This document shows positions 1 through 9,426 of a DNA stretch of 36,809 nucleotides, in pieces. Position 1 is the stretch's first letter. Every line of letters starts with the position of its first letter. Made by a program: the position numbers and the translations under genes. Source of the DNA: a virus; the IMG/VR virus record IMGVR_UViG_3300020109_000004. One strand, 5' to 3'. The notes beneath the pieces were generated by a model. The model saw only the letters and a program-made list of their open reading frames with translations, searched no databases and was not told the origin of the DNA.

Positions 1-159
1 TCGGCGTATGAGCTGGCCGTCGCGGCGGGCTTTGCCGGCACGGTCGAGCAATGGCTCGCGTCGCTGGTCGGCGGCGCTGGCGATGACGGCGCCTCGGCGT
101 ATGAGCTGGCCGTCGCGGCGGGCTTTGTCGGCACGGTCGAGCAATGGCTCGCGTCGCTT
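1..159 (+). repeat. 93-bp (31-codon) in-frame tandem repeat, one full and one partial copy
   Basis: 1-93 and 94-159 are near-identical to the units at 36500, 36593 and 36686. Confidence 0.9.
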
Positions 160-252
160 CAAGGCGTCTCGCATACGCTGCAAGTCGTGTCATCGCAGGC
201 GGCCTTTGACGCCGCCGTGTCATCGCCGACGCATTGGGTTGTGAGGTATTAA
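1..252 (+). CDS. 3' part of tail-fibre-like tandem-repeat protein (continues from 36392..36809 across the junction)
   Basis: Frame 1 is open from base 1 to TAA 250-252. It translates SAYELAVAAGF[AV]GTVEQWLASL... as at the window end, and the stop abuts the next start (TAAATG). Confidence 0.7.
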   Translation, partial: SAYELAVAAGFAGTVEQWLASLVGGAGDDGASAYELAVAAGFVGTVEQWLASLQGVSHTLQVVSSQAAFDAAVSSPTHWVVRY

Positions 253-1158
253 ATGCCGAAACTTGACCTGACGAAAGCGCGGCAAATCAAGGTTGCCGGG
301 GTCGAGGTTTTGCAACTGAAAGGGCCGGGTTTCGTCTGGTCGAAACCGACGCGCCCCGAGCTGCGCGTTTCGGGCGGTGTCATTTCGACATTCAGCCGGG
401 GCGGCGTCGATTACACGCAAGTCCGTTTCGATCAATCCGGCGGCTTTGCCCTTTCCGATGCAATCGCCGGCGCGCGTTATGCGCTGATTGGCGCAGGCGG
501 CGGCGGCGGGCGCGCGGGCGGCACAAACCCCGCGCCGGGCGGCGGCGGCGGCGGCGGCTTTCGGGACGTCTCGCGGCTGATGCCGGCGGGCGACTATTCG
601 GTCGCGGTCGGTGCGCCGGGCGGCGGGCCGGCGGCCAACGTCGAGGGCAGCTCGGGCGGCGCCTCGACCATTGCGGGACCGTTCGCCGATAGCGCGCCGG
701 GCGGCGGCGGCGGCGGCGGGGTCGCGACAGGCCGGCAATCGGGCCTTGCCGGCGGCGGCGGCGGTGGTGGTGGCGCCGGAACGGGCGGCGCGGGTGCCGG
801 CGGTGCCGGCGTCCTGGGCTTTCCCGGCGGCGCCGGTTCGACCGGAACGGGCGCGGGCTCGACCCTTGCCGGCGGCGGCGGCGGCGGGGCATCGCAGGCG
901 GGCGGCGAGGCGACCATAAGCCAAGGCGGCAAGGGTGGCGACGGCGTTTATCTGGATTGGGTCGCGGTGCCGCTGTGGGTCGCCGGCGGTGGCGGCGGTC
1001 GATCATCCTCGACGGGCGCGAACGGGCGCGGCGGCGGATCGCTGGCGCCGGGCGGCGGCACGCAAAGCACGTCGGCGGGCGTTTTGCCCGATCTGGGCGG
1101 GTCTGGCGCCCTGTTCCTGATCTTTCCGACCGCTGCGGCGGTCGCGATTTATGCGTGA
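253..1158 (+). CDS. glycine-rich putative tail-fibre / receptor-binding protein
   Basis: 301-aa ORF with an ordinary N-terminal domain followed by long GGGGGG/GAGxGG tracts, as in glycine-rich phage fibre proteins. It lies directly after the fibre repeat gene. Confidence 0.55.
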   Translation: MPKLDLTKARQIKVAGVEVLQLKGPGFVWSKPTRPELRVSGGVISTFSRGGVDYTQVRFDQSGGFALSDAIAGARYALIGAGGGGGRAGGTNPAPGGGGGGGFRDVSRLMPAGDYSVAVGAPGGGPAANVEGSSGGASTIAGPFADSAPGGGGGGGVATGRQSGLAGGGGGGGGAGTGGAGAGGAGVLGFPGGAGSTGTGAGSTLAGGGGGGASQAGGEATISQGGKGGDGVYLDWVAVPLWVAGGGGGRSSSTGANGRGGGSLAPGGGTQSTSAGVLPDLGGSGALFLIFPTAAAVAIYA

Positions 1159-1206
1159 TCTTTCCCGACTGGCCTCGCGCCGGTCGGGCCTGCGATGGGG
1201 GCCGGC

Positions 1207-1866
1207 ATGTCTGACAATCCCGGCGACCTCGACGCGCCCGTCGAGCTGCGCGAGCTGACCTCGACCGAGCGCGATCTTTGCGCCCGGTTCCCGCTGCCGG
1301 CGGGGGTCGCCGACGCGCTGGTCAATAAAACGCTGCTTTGCGACGCGCTGGACGTCTCGCCGACAACCTTGTCGGCATGGCTGCGCGCCGGCCTGCCCTT
1401 TGAAAGCGCCGGCACGAATGGGCGATCCTATGAGTTCCGCCTTTCGCTGTCCTTTGCATGGGCCGCCGAGCGCAAGTCGCGCGAGGATGCGGGCCGGCAG
1501 CGCGCCGAGGGCGCCGCCGCGCAACTGCGGCTTGCCCTTCTCGGCGAGGAAAGCGACGGCGACGCCGAGCGCGCCCGCCTGTCGCCGCGCGAGCAACGCG
1601 ACCTGATCGACGTCGAACGCTCTTACATGATGGCCGCCGAGGCGCGGCGCGACCTGATCCGCCGGGGCGACGTCACGGTCGGCATTTCTGAGGTTTGGGC
1701 GGGCCTGCGCGACCGGCTGGACGCGCTGCCCGACATGATCGCCCGGCGCCTCGACCTGACGGGCGAGGAAATCGAGGCGGTCGAGGAAGTTTGCGACGGG
1801 CTTCTTGCCGAGGCGGTCGAGGTTGTGCGGGGGATCATCGGGGATGACGACGGCGCGGGCGGCTAA
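1207..1866 (+). CDS. terS: terminase small subunit, lambda Nu1-like
   Basis: N-terminal winged-HTH pattern (VNKTLLCDALDVSPTTLSAWLRAGLPF...GRSYEF...FAW) resembles Nu1. The gene sits immediately upstream of and overlapping the large terminase. ATG 1207 follows GGGGG; ATG 1195 is an alternative start. Confidence 0.7.
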   Translation: MSDNPGDLDAPVELRELTSTERDLCARFPLPAGVADALVNKTLLCDALDVSPTTLSAWLRAGLPFESAGTNGRSYEFRLSLSFAWAAERKSREDAGRQRAEGAAAQLRLALLGEESDGDAERARLSPREQRDLIDVERSYMMAAEARRDLIRRGDVTVGISEVWAGLRDRLDALPDMIARRLDLTGEEIEAVEEVCDGLLAEAVEVVRGIIGDDDGAGG

Positions 1867-4003
1867 ACGATACAAGCTCGGCGATCCGCTGCCGAGCTAT
1901 TGCGCCGCCGAGGCCGCAATCGCCGACGCCCTGCCGTTCCTGACGCCGCACAAGCGCGAGCTTGTCTCGGTCATCGCCGAGCGGCGCATGATCGAGGCCG
2001 GCGGGCATTGGGTGCCGTATCGAAACGACGTCGCGCCCTACATGACCGAGCCGCAAGCGGTGGTCACGTCGCGGCGGTTCGATAGCTGTTGCTTTGTCGG
2101 GCCGGCGCGATCCTCGAAATCCGAGGGGCTGGTCATCAATCCGCTTGCTCATGCGATCATCGCGCAACCGCGAACGGTGGCAATTTTCAACATGACAAAG
2201 GACGCCGCGCGCGAGTTCTCGGTCGAGAAACTTGACGCGACGATCCGCAATAGTCCCGAGCTGCGCGCCCGGCTTGGCAAGCGGAACGGCGACAACAACA
2301 TTTTCGAGAAACGGTTTTCGACCGGGGCTCGCCTCACGCTCGATTGGATTGTGCCGGATAAGCTGGCCGCCCGGTCGATTGCGCTTGTGATCTTTACCGA
2401 CTTTGACGCGATGCCGCAGGACGTCGCCGGCGAGGGAACGCCGTTTTTCCTCGGGCGCAAACGGACGCAAAGCGCCATGTCGCGCGGGATGACGATTGTC
2501 GAAAGCTCGCCGCGCTTTCCGATCCTAGATGATAGCTGGTCGCCGACAACGCCCCATGAGGCGCCGCCGTGCGAGGGCATCCTCGGGATTTACAACACTG
2601 GCACGCGGGGGCGGTGGTATTTCCGCTGCCCGGATTGTCGGCACGAGTTCGAGCCGACCTTTCGCCGGCTCGACTTTCCGAAAGAGGGCTTGCCGGCGGA
2701 TCGGGGCGAAAAGGCGCGGATGATCTGCCCGAGCTGCGGGTCGGTTTTCGAGCCGCGCCACAAGGCCGCGCTAAACGCCGGCGGTCGATGGCTGCATGAG
2801 ACGGCGACGGGCGAGGTCGTGCCGCTCGGCGAGGGCGAGCGCAACACGAAAACGGCAAGCTATTGGCTGCAAGGGCCGGCGGCGGCGCTGGCGAGCTGGT
2901 CGCAAATCGTGACGCGATACCTTGAGGGGATCGAGGCTTTTAAGGCGCGGGGCGACGAAAAGCTAATCCGGGCCGCCGAAAACGTCGAGATTGGCATACC
3001 ATCGACGCCGCGCTCGCAAATCAGCGCGGCCCGCCTGTCGGCGCCGGGGCTGCGGTCGCACGCGACCGATGCGCCTTGGAAGGTCGCGCCGGCGGGCTCG
3101 CGGTTCGTGACGGTCGCGGTTGACGTGCAACCGGGCCGATTTGTCGTGCAAGTCGAGGCTTGGGGCGCCCAGCTCGAAAGGACGGTGATCGACCGTTTCG
3201 ACCTTCACACGCCGCCGCCCGATGCGCCCGGCGCGGGTGATCGGGTCATCAATCCCGCGCAATACGCCGAGGATTGGGAAGTTTTGACGCCGCTAATCGA
3301 CCGGGCCTATCCGGTCGCCGGGGCGGCCTATGGCCTCAAGCCGGTTGCGCTTTGCGTCGATTGCGGCGGCGAGGCCGGGGTCACGCCGAACGCCTTCGAT
3401 TTCTACCGGCGGCGCAAGCTGACGCATCCGCGCCGGTTCTATGTCGTGCGGGGCGACGGTGGGCTCGAAAAGGAACGGGTCAAGCTCAAGGCGCCCGAGT
3501 CATCGCACAAGGGCGGGCGCAAGAAAGGCGGCGCAAAGGGCGTTGTGATCCTGTGGGCCGGAACGGATCGGCTCAAGGATGAAATTGCGGCCTCGCTTCT
3601 TCGCGAGCATGGCGGCCCGCGTTCGCTGCGCCTGCCGAAAACGGCGCCCGGCGAGGTTTTCGAGGAATACGCCGCCGAGCGGCGCGGCCCGAAAGGCTGG
3701 GAGAAAAAGCCGGGCGTGCAACGAAACGAGGCGCTCGATTTGTCGGTCTATGCGCTGGCGCTGGTGATCGCCCTGGGCGTCGAGAAAATCCGCGAGGATG
3801 CCTTGCCGCCGTGGGCGCGGCCTGACGCGCAAAACGCCTTTGCCGTCCTGCTGCCGACCGATCCGCCGTCGCCCGCCGAGGCGGCGGCGCGGCTGGTCAA
3901 TGCGCTGCATGAGCTGGCCGCGCCGAAACCCGAAACCGCGCCCGCCCCGGCATCGACGGCGGGCTTTATCATGGCGCGGCCCTCGGGCCGCCGCCGTCAC
4001 TGA
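1844..4003 (+). CDS. terL: terminase large subunit, lambda gpA family
   Basis: About 720 aa with a Walker-A-like GPARSSKS and a central Cys4 ribbon (CPDCRHEF...CPSCG) typical of the gpA family. Start set at ATG 1844 (MTTARAAKRY), overlapping the terS stop. Confidence 0.88.
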   Translation: MTTARAAKRYKLGDPLPSYCAAEAAIADALPFLTPHKRELVSVIAERRMIEAGGHWVPYRNDVAPYMTEPQAVVTSRRFDSCCFVGPARSSKSEGLVINPLAHAIIAQPRTVAIFNMTKDAAREFSVEKLDATIRNSPELRARLGKRNGDNNIFEKRFSTGARLTLDWIVPDKLAARSIALVIFTDFDAMPQDVAGEGTPFFLGRKRTQSAMSRGMTIVESSPRFPILDDSWSPTTPHEAPPCEGILGIYNTGTRGRWYFRCPDCRHEFEPTFRRLDFPKEGLPADRGEKARMICPSCGSVFEPRHKAALNAGGRWLHETATGEVVPLGEGERNTKTASYWLQGPAAALASWSQIVTRYLEGIEAFKARGDEKLIRAAENVEIGIPSTPRSQISAARLSAPGLRSHATDAPWKVAPAGSRFVTVAVDVQPGRFVVQVEAWGAQLERTVIDRFDLHTPPPDAPGAGDRVINPAQYAEDWEVLTPLIDRAYPVAGAAYGLKPVALCVDCGGEAGVTPNAFDFYRRRKLTHPRRFYVVRGDGGLEKERVKLKAPESSHKGGRKKGGAKGVVILWAGTDRLKDEIAASLLREHGGPRSLRLPKTAPGEVFEEYAAERRGPKGWEKKPGVQRNEALDLSVYALALVIALGVEKIREDALPPWARPDAQNAFAVLLPTDPPSPAEAAARLVNALHELAAPKPETAPAPASTAGFIMARPSGRRRH

Positions 4004-4014
4004 AAGGGGATGAC

Positions 4015-4488
4015 ATGGCGCGTTCTATGAACCGCGTGACGCTGATCGGGAACCTCGGGCGCGACCCCGAAATCAGGAGTTTCGCGAACGGGTCCAAGGT
4101 CGCGAGCCTGCGGATCGCCACAACGGAAACGTGGAAGGATCGCGACACGGGCGAGCGTCGCGAGGCGACCGAGTGGCACTCGGTGCAGGTTTTCGGCGAT
4201 AGCTTCATCGACAACGTGATCGAGCGTTTCCTCAAGAAAGGGTCGCGGGTCATGGTCGAGGGCCAGCTCAAAACCCGCAAGTGGCAGGATCAAAGCGGCG
4301 CCGACCGCTACTCGACCGAAATCTCGGTTCAACCGTTCCGGGGGCAAGTGATGCTTTTGGACCGCGCCGAGGGCGACGGCGGGTCGCAGGGCGGGAACGC
4401 GCGCGGGCCGGGCGGCTCGGGCGCGGGGTCGAGCGGTTCCGCCGGCGGCGGCGGTCGCGGCGACTATGACGACGAAATCCCGTTCTGA
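4015..4488 (+). CDS. ssb: single-stranded DNA-binding protein
   Basis: OB-fold N-terminus (NRVTLIGNLGRDPEIR...WHSVQVFG), a Gly-rich linker and the acidic tail DYDDEIPF. AAGGGGA Shine-Dalgarno upstream. Confidence 0.9.
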   Translation: MARSMNRVTLIGNLGRDPEIRSFANGSKVASLRIATTETWKDRDTGERREATEWHSVQVFGDSFIDNVIERFLKKGSRVMVEGQLKTRKWQDQSGADRYSTEISVQPFRGQVMLLDRAEGDGGSQGGNARGPGGSGAGSSGSAGGGGRGDYDDEIPF

Positions 4489-4499
4489 GGGGGCCGGCA

Positions 4500-5042
4500 A
4501 TGTCTGATCCGTCATCGCCGAGCGTCGGCGTTCCTGCCCGGCTGATCGCCGGCAATTCGTGGGCGTGGCTGTCCAAGGTTCCGGCGGTCGAGGGTGTCAA
4601 TCTGGCCTTTGTCCTGCGGCCTCGGGCCGGCGGGGCGCCGATCACGGTCGAGACGGTTGTCGAGGATGGTCGCCGGATCGCCCGGCGCGCTGTCGCCGCA
4701 ACCGCGCTTGCCGCGCCCGGCTCTTATGAGTGGGTCGAGGTTCTGACGCGGCCCGCCGATGGCGCCCGTTGGACGTGTTGCGAGGGCCGGGTCGAGGTTC
4801 TGCCCGATCCGGCGACGGCGGGCGGCGATCTGCGGTCGCAGGCCGAGCGCATCCTCGCGGCAATCGACGCCCGGATCGAGGGGCGGGTCACGGCGGATTG
4901 CGACGCCTATTCTATCGAGGGCCGGTCGATCACGCGAACGCCGCTCGATATTCTGATGCGGGTTCGCGGGTCATACGCCCGCCGCGTCGAGGTCGAGCAA
5001 GGTCGCGGCGGGGTCCAGTTTCAAAGGGTGGGCTTTCGATGA
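4500..5042 (+). CDS. head-completion protein with gpW-like C-terminal domain
   Basis: Occupies the slot between terL and portal, as lambda W does. The C-terminal segment ...IEGRVTADCDAYSIEGRSITRTPLDILMRVRGSY... resembles the gpW pattern. The N-terminal roughly 100 aa look like a beta-sandwich. Confidence 0.45.
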   Translation: MSDPSSPSVGVPARLIAGNSWAWLSKVPAVEGVNLAFVLRPRAGGAPITVETVVEDGRRIARRAVAATALAAPGSYEWVEVLTRPADGARWTCCEGRVEVLPDPATAGGDLRSQAERILAAIDARIEGRVTADCDAYSIEGRSITRTPLDILMRVRGSYARRVEVEQGRGGVQFQRVGFR

Positions 5043-6661
5043 CAAACCGCATCACGCTATCGAGCCGGCGTCACGGCGCGGTCGCCGGGCTCATGGCCCG
5101 GATTACCGGGCAGGGGTCATCTGACGCCGTGCGGATCGAGCCGAGCTTGCGCGGGCCGGCGGTGCCGCCGGGCGGCGCGGGCCGCGCCTATGCTGCCGCC
5201 AAGCCCGACCGGATCGCCGGGCGGTTCTCGGCGTTCGGCCCGACCTCGCCCCGCGCCGATCTGCGGCAGGGCATCCGGGGGCTTATCAATCACGCGCGAT
5301 GGGCCTCGCAAAACGTCGATTATCTGCGAAATTACGAGGCGTTAGTTCGGCGCCACGTCATCGGGCGGCAGGGCATCGCGCTTGCGATGCAAGTTCGCGA
5401 TCCGGGCGGGCGGCTGGATACCGTCGCAAATGACCGGATCGAATGGGCGTGGTGGGAATGGGGCAAGCGCGGCAACTGCACGCTGTGCGGCCGGTTTTCG
5501 TGGTGGCAAGTCGAGAATATGGCCGCGACCGCAATCGCGCGCGAGGGCAACTTTCTGGCGCGCATCTGGCGCGGCGCCGGGTTCGGGCCGTTCCGGTTTC
5601 AAATCGAAATCCTGTCAATCGACTTGCTCGACCTCGACCGCACCGAGGCGCTAGGCGATGGCCGTTTCATCGAGTCGGGCATCGAGTTTGACGCGCGGGG
5701 GCGGGTTCTGGCCTATCACCTGTTTTCGGCGCATCCGACCGAATATCACGCATCGCGCGGCGTCCAACGCCTGCGCGTTCCGGCGTCTGATATTGTCCAC
5801 GGCTGGCGCGCGGTCGAGCCGATGGCGGCCCTTGGGCCGTCTGAGTCGCACACGGCGTTGCGGCGGTTCAATATGCTGGCGGCCCTTGAGGAAGCGGCCT
5901 TAACGGCGGCCCGGTTCGGGGCGTCGAACATGGCGTTTTTCAAGCGTCCCGAGGATGACGGGCCGGGCGGTGGCGGCGACGTGCAATCGCCGATCACCGA
6001 AATCGAGGCGGGAACGGTCGGCGTCCTGCCGCCCGGTTGGGATCTGGCCGAATACAAGGGCAATTATCCTGACGGCGAGTTCGCGGGCTTTAGCAAGGCG
6101 CTGATGAAAGGCGGGGCGGCGGGCCTCGGGGTCAGTTATGCGGCCCTGACCGGCGACGTCGAGGGCGCGAATTATTCGAGCCTGCGCGACGGTCGCGGCG
6201 AGGAACGGGATAGCTGGCGCATGTTTCAGCGCGACCTTTTCGAGACGCTGCACGATCAGGTTTTCAACGCCTGGTTGCCGCTGGCGATCTTGGCCGGGCG
6301 GGTTGGCCTGCCCTTTGCCAAGCTCGACAAGTATCTTGCGGCGAGCTGGCGCCCGAGGGGCTGGCCTTCCGTCAATCCGAAAGATGACGCGACCGCCAAT
6401 CAATCCGACCTGTCGAACATGCTGCGCGCGCCGTCTGAAATCGTCGCCGAGCGCGGCGGCGATTGGGACGAAACCGTCGCCCTGATGGCGCGCGATTTCA
6501 AGATGCTGCGCGAGGCCGGCTTGCCGGTTCCCGCCGCGATGCAAGCCTTTGCCACGATGGGCGGCGGGGCCGTTCCGCCTGTCGCCCCGCCGGATGATGC
6601 CGGCGAGGGCGAGGGCGCGGACAACGCCGGCGCCGCCGAGGATGGCGACGCCGAAACCTGA
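5039..6661 (+). CDS. portal protein, lambda gpB family
   Basis: About 540 aa downstream of terL and the W-like gene, with an acidic C-terminus. Start ATG 5039 overlaps the upstream stop (ATGA). The longer ORF from 4730 is an Arg-rich out-of-frame overlap. Confidence 0.85.
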   Translation: MTNRITLSSRRHGAVAGLMARITGQGSSDAVRIEPSLRGPAVPPGGAGRAYAAAKPDRIAGRFSAFGPTSPRADLRQGIRGLINHARWASQNVDYLRNYEALVRRHVIGRQGIALAMQVRDPGGRLDTVANDRIEWAWWEWGKRGNCTLCGRFSWWQVENMAATAIAREGNFLARIWRGAGFGPFRFQIEILSIDLLDLDRTEALGDGRFIESGIEFDARGRVLAYHLFSAHPTEYHASRGVQRLRVPASDIVHGWRAVEPMAALGPSESHTALRRFNMLAALEEAALTAARFGASNMAFFKRPEDDGPGGGGDVQSPITEIEAGTVGVLPPGWDLAEYKGNYPDGEFAGFSKALMKGGAAGLGVSYAALTGDVEGANYSSLRDGRGEERDSWRMFQRDLFETLHDQVFNAWLPLAILAGRVGLPFAKLDKYLAASWRPRGWPSVNPKDDATANQSDLSNMLRAPSEIVAERGGDWDETVALMARDFKMLREAGLPVPAAMQAFATMGGGAVPPVAPPDDAGEGEGADNAGAAEDGDAET

Positions 6662-6673
6662 CACGGGGGTCAA

Positions 6674-8548
6674 ATGTCAAACATGACAATCCCGTCGCGG
6701 CTCTTTCGAGCTGCGGCGGGCGCCTTGACGCGCGCCGATCCTGAGGGCGGCGGGCGCGAGGTCCGGCTTTCCTTTTCTTCCGAGGTCGAGGTTCTTCGGT
6801 CCTTCGGTTGGGAAGTCCTGGGCCATGCCTCGGGCGAGGTCGATCTTTCCTTGCTGGAAACGTCGCACGCCCCGCTTTTGCTGGATCATCGCCCGACCAT
6901 CGACGCCAAGATCGGAACCGTTGTTTCGGTCGGCATCGAAAACGGGCGGGGCTGGGCGGTCGTGCGCTTCGCCACGTCGGCGCAGGCCGATGAATTGCTC
7001 GCCCGGATCGAGGGCGGCGAGGGCTTCGCCGTCTCGGTCGGGTATCGCGTCCTGCGGTTCGCCCGCACCGGCGAGCGCGAGGGCGCCCCGATCCTGCGGG
7101 CGGTGCGCTGGCAACCCTACGAAATCAGTCTTGTCGCCGTGCCGGCTGACGCGACTGTCGGCGTCGGTCGATCCGACGACGCCGCCGAAACTGTTTCAAT
7201 CGCTGTGGAAGGTGACACAATGTCCGACAAAACCAACGCCTCGACCGTTCCCGCCGCTGCCGTGACCGAGGGCGAGGGCCAGCGTTCCGCGCCCGTCGAT
7301 GCCGGCGCGATCCTGACCGCCGAGCGCGCCCGCGCCGAGCATATCCAATCGGTCGGCGCCCGCATGGGCATGGGTGCCGACGTCATCGGCGCCGCCGTGC
7401 GCTCGGGCGAAAGCGCCGAGGCGTTCAACCTGCGCGCGCTGGATTTCGTCGCATCGCCCGACGCGACCGCGAGCCGCGCCCGCGAGGCGCGCATCGGTCT
7501 GACCGAGAAAGAGGAACGCGGGTTTTCCTTCGTTCGCCTGATCGACCATCTGTCCGACCCCGCGAACAAGTCCAAGCGCAATGCCGCCGGTTTCGAGCTG
7601 GAATGTGCCGCCGCTGCCGCCGCCAAGCACAAGGGCGAAATCCGCGGGGCGCTGGTGCCGGTCGATGTGCTGCAATCCTCGGCCTTCGGCAAGCGTTCCG
7701 ACATGACGGTCGGCGGCGGCGTGCCTGCCGGCGGCTATGGCGGCAACACGGTCGCAACAAACCTGCTCGCGGGTTCCTTCATCGACATGCTGCGCGAAAC
7801 CGCCGTTCTGCCGCGCTTGGGCGCGCGGATGCTGGGCGGTCTGGTCGGGAACATCGACATTCCGAAAAAGCTCGCCGCCGCCAATGTCGGTTGGGTGGAC
7901 GAGGACGGCTCGGTTGCATCCTCGGGCCTGCGGATCGGTCAGGTTTCGGCGAGCCCGAAAACCCTTTCGGCCCGCACGCAACTGTCGCGCAAGCTGCTGA
8001 TGCAATCGAGCCTCGACGTCGAGTCGCTGGTTCGCATGGATTTCGCCGAAAGCATCGGTTTGGAAATCGACCGCTGCGCCGTCTATGGCAGCGCCGAGGC
8101 GAACGCGCCCGAGGGTCTGGAGGATAAGGCCGGCGTCAGCAAGACGGCGACGGCGACGCCGGGCGTCTGGTCCTATGCCGACATTCTGGCGCTGTGGTCG
8201 GCGGTTCGTTCCGCGAACGCCGCGCGCGGCTCGCTCGGGTTCCTGCTGCATCCGCTGGAAACGGCGGCCCTGATGGGAACGCCCAAGTTCGCCGGCGGCG
8301 ACACGCCGATCATGGCCGAAATGGGCAAGCTGCTGGGCTTCGCCGCGCCTGACTCGGCGCAGGTTCGCGGCGGCGACGTCTGGTTCGGCAATTGGGCCGA
8401 TCTGGTGATCGCTTCGTGGGGCGGGCTCGACATTCTGGTCGATCCTTACACCGAAAGCGCATCGGGCGCGATCCGCGTGACGGCGTTCCAAGATACCGAT
8501 TTCATCGTGCGGCATGAGCAATCGTTCGCCCGCAAGCGCGCGAGCTGA
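6674..8548 (+). CDS. fused prohead protease (HK97/S78-type) - scaffold-like linker - HK97-fold major capsid protein
   Basis: One uninterrupted 624-aa ORF. N-terminus carries protease motifs (LLLDHRPT..KIGTV, FAVSVGY, EISLVAVPAD). An Ala-rich helical middle follows. C-terminal roughly 300 aa match the HK97 capsid pattern (NLLAGSFIDMLRE...PKTLSARTQLSRKLL). Confidence 0.85.
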   Translation: MSNMTIPSRLFRAAAGALTRADPEGGGREVRLSFSSEVEVLRSFGWEVLGHASGEVDLSLLETSHAPLLLDHRPTIDAKIGTVVSVGIENGRGWAVVRFATSAQADELLARIEGGEGFAVSVGYRVLRFARTGEREGAPILRAVRWQPYEISLVAVPADATVGVGRSDDAAETVSIAVEGDTMSDKTNASTVPAAAVTEGEGQRSAPVDAGAILTAERARAEHIQSVGARMGMGADVIGAAVRSGESAEAFNLRALDFVASPDATASRAREARIGLTEKEERGFSFVRLIDHLSDPANKSKRNAAGFELECAAAAAAKHKGEIRGALVPVDVLQSSAFGKRSDMTVGGGVPAGGYGGNTVATNLLAGSFIDMLRETAVLPRLGARMLGGLVGNIDIPKKLAAANVGWVDEDGSVASSGLRIGQVSASPKTLSARTQLSRKLLMQSSLDVESLVRMDFAESIGLEIDRCAVYGSAEANAPEGLEDKAGVSKTATATPGVWSYADILALWSAVRSANAARGSLGFLLHPLETAALMGTPKFAGGDTPIMAEMGKLLGFAAPDSAQVRGGDVWFGNWADLVIASWGGLDILVDPYTESASGAIRVTAFQDTDFIVRHEQSFARKRAS

Positions 8549-8565
8549 TCGGCTGATCTGACGCC

Positions 8566-8600
8566 GGGCCGCCCCGATCCGGGGGCGGCCCTTTCTGGTT
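8566..8600 (+). terminator. rho-independent terminator after capsid gene
   Basis: Perfect 10-bp stem GGGCCGCCCC / GGGGCGGCCC with a 6-nt loop, followed by TTTCTGGTT. Confidence 0.7.
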
Positions 8601-8617
8601 CTGACATGGGGGTCGGC

Positions 8618-9016
8618 ATGGTTGCTGCGTTCCAACTTTACCGCAAGGCGATTGCGGCCTTTATCGGTGGCCTTCTGCCGCTGGTCGTTTCCTTCATTCC
8701 CGGCGCCGAGGCGCTGGCCGATCCGATGACCGTCAACGTCGCCTCGATCATCGGCGCGGCGATCTTTGCCGCCGTGACCGCCGACAAGATCGACGGCGCG
8801 AGCGTGGTCGAGCTGGCCCGCGTGGTGGTCGATGCCCTCGACCGGATGCGGGGCGACCCTGACAAGCCCGAGGGCGCCTTTCCCGGCACGGCTGACACGG
8901 TTGTCATGCGGACAACCGGCCCGGCGGCCTCGATCACGGCGACGCCCTTGCCTGCCGAGGTCGCGGTCGCCGTCGCCTCGACCGGCATCGCCCTTAAATC
9001 CGGGGGTGACGCATGA
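8618..9016 (+). CDS. hypothetical protein with two hydrophobic segments (head-tail region)
   Basis: ORF with GGGGG Shine-Dalgarno before ATG 8618. Hydrophobic stretches AIAAFIGGLLPLVVSFIPG and VASIIGAAIFAAVTA. ATGA overlap with the next gene. Confidence 0.4.
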   Translation: MVAAFQLYRKAIAAFIGGLLPLVVSFIPGAEALADPMTVNVASIIGAAIFAAVTADKIDGASVVELARVVVDALDRMRGDPDKPEGAFPGTADTVVMRTTGPAASITATPLPAEVAVAVASTGIALKSGGDA

Positions 9017-9426
9017 GCCGCGCCGTTCTGATGGTCGCGCCCGCCTTCTATCAAGGCGCATGGCTTGAGGCGACCGGCGAGCCGACCGCGCCCTTGCCCG
9101 ATCTTGTCGCCGACAAGCTGGTCAAGCGCGGGCGTGCTGTCGAGGTCGAGGCGCGCGAGCTGGTCGCGGCGGTCGCCGCCGAGGCTGCGGCGCTGGTCGA
9201 GGCTGCGGCGGCGGTTGCCGTCAAGGCGCCCCGCAAGCGGCAAAATCGCGGCGCTGACGCCGTGATCGAGGCGCCGGCGGCTGATCCTGCGGCGGCGGGC
9301 GTTTCGGCGCCTGTGGCGGCGCCTGACGCGCCTGCGGGCGATGCCGGCGGCCTGCCCGACCTTGAGGCCGTGGCCGAGGATGGCGACGAGGGCGACGCCC
9401 AGGACGGCGAGGCCGGCGACGCATGA
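9013..9426 (+). CDS. hypothetical Ala-rich acidic protein (head-tail region)
   Basis: ORF translationally coupled on both sides by ATGA overlaps. No motif recognised. Confidence 0.4.
   Translation: MSRAVLMVAPAFYQGAWLEATGEPTAPLPDLVADKLVKRGRAVEVEARELVAAVAAEAAALVEAAAAVAVKAPRKRQNRGADAVIEAPAADPAAAGVSAPVAAPDAPAGDAGGLPDLEAVAEDGDEGDAQDGEAGDA

Noticed and set aside
1805-4003. Longest-ORF starts for terL (1805), portal (4730), helicase (31380), tube (9623) and several early genes.
   Set aside because: The N-terminal extensions overlap the preceding genes out of frame and are Arg-rich. Internal ATGs with Shine-Dalgarno sequences and ATGA/TGATG coupling give sensible N-termini.
7196-9061. Very long minus-strand ORFs (621 aa here; also 17198..19168, 32421..34145, 30886..32130, 21248..22459, 1003..1875 and many shorter ones).
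   Set aside because: They are Arg/Pro/Ala/Gly-rich low-complexity translations. They lie antisense to + strand genes that have strong family motifs, Shine-Dalgarno sequences and start/stop coupling. This is the usual open-frame artefact of GC-rich DNA.
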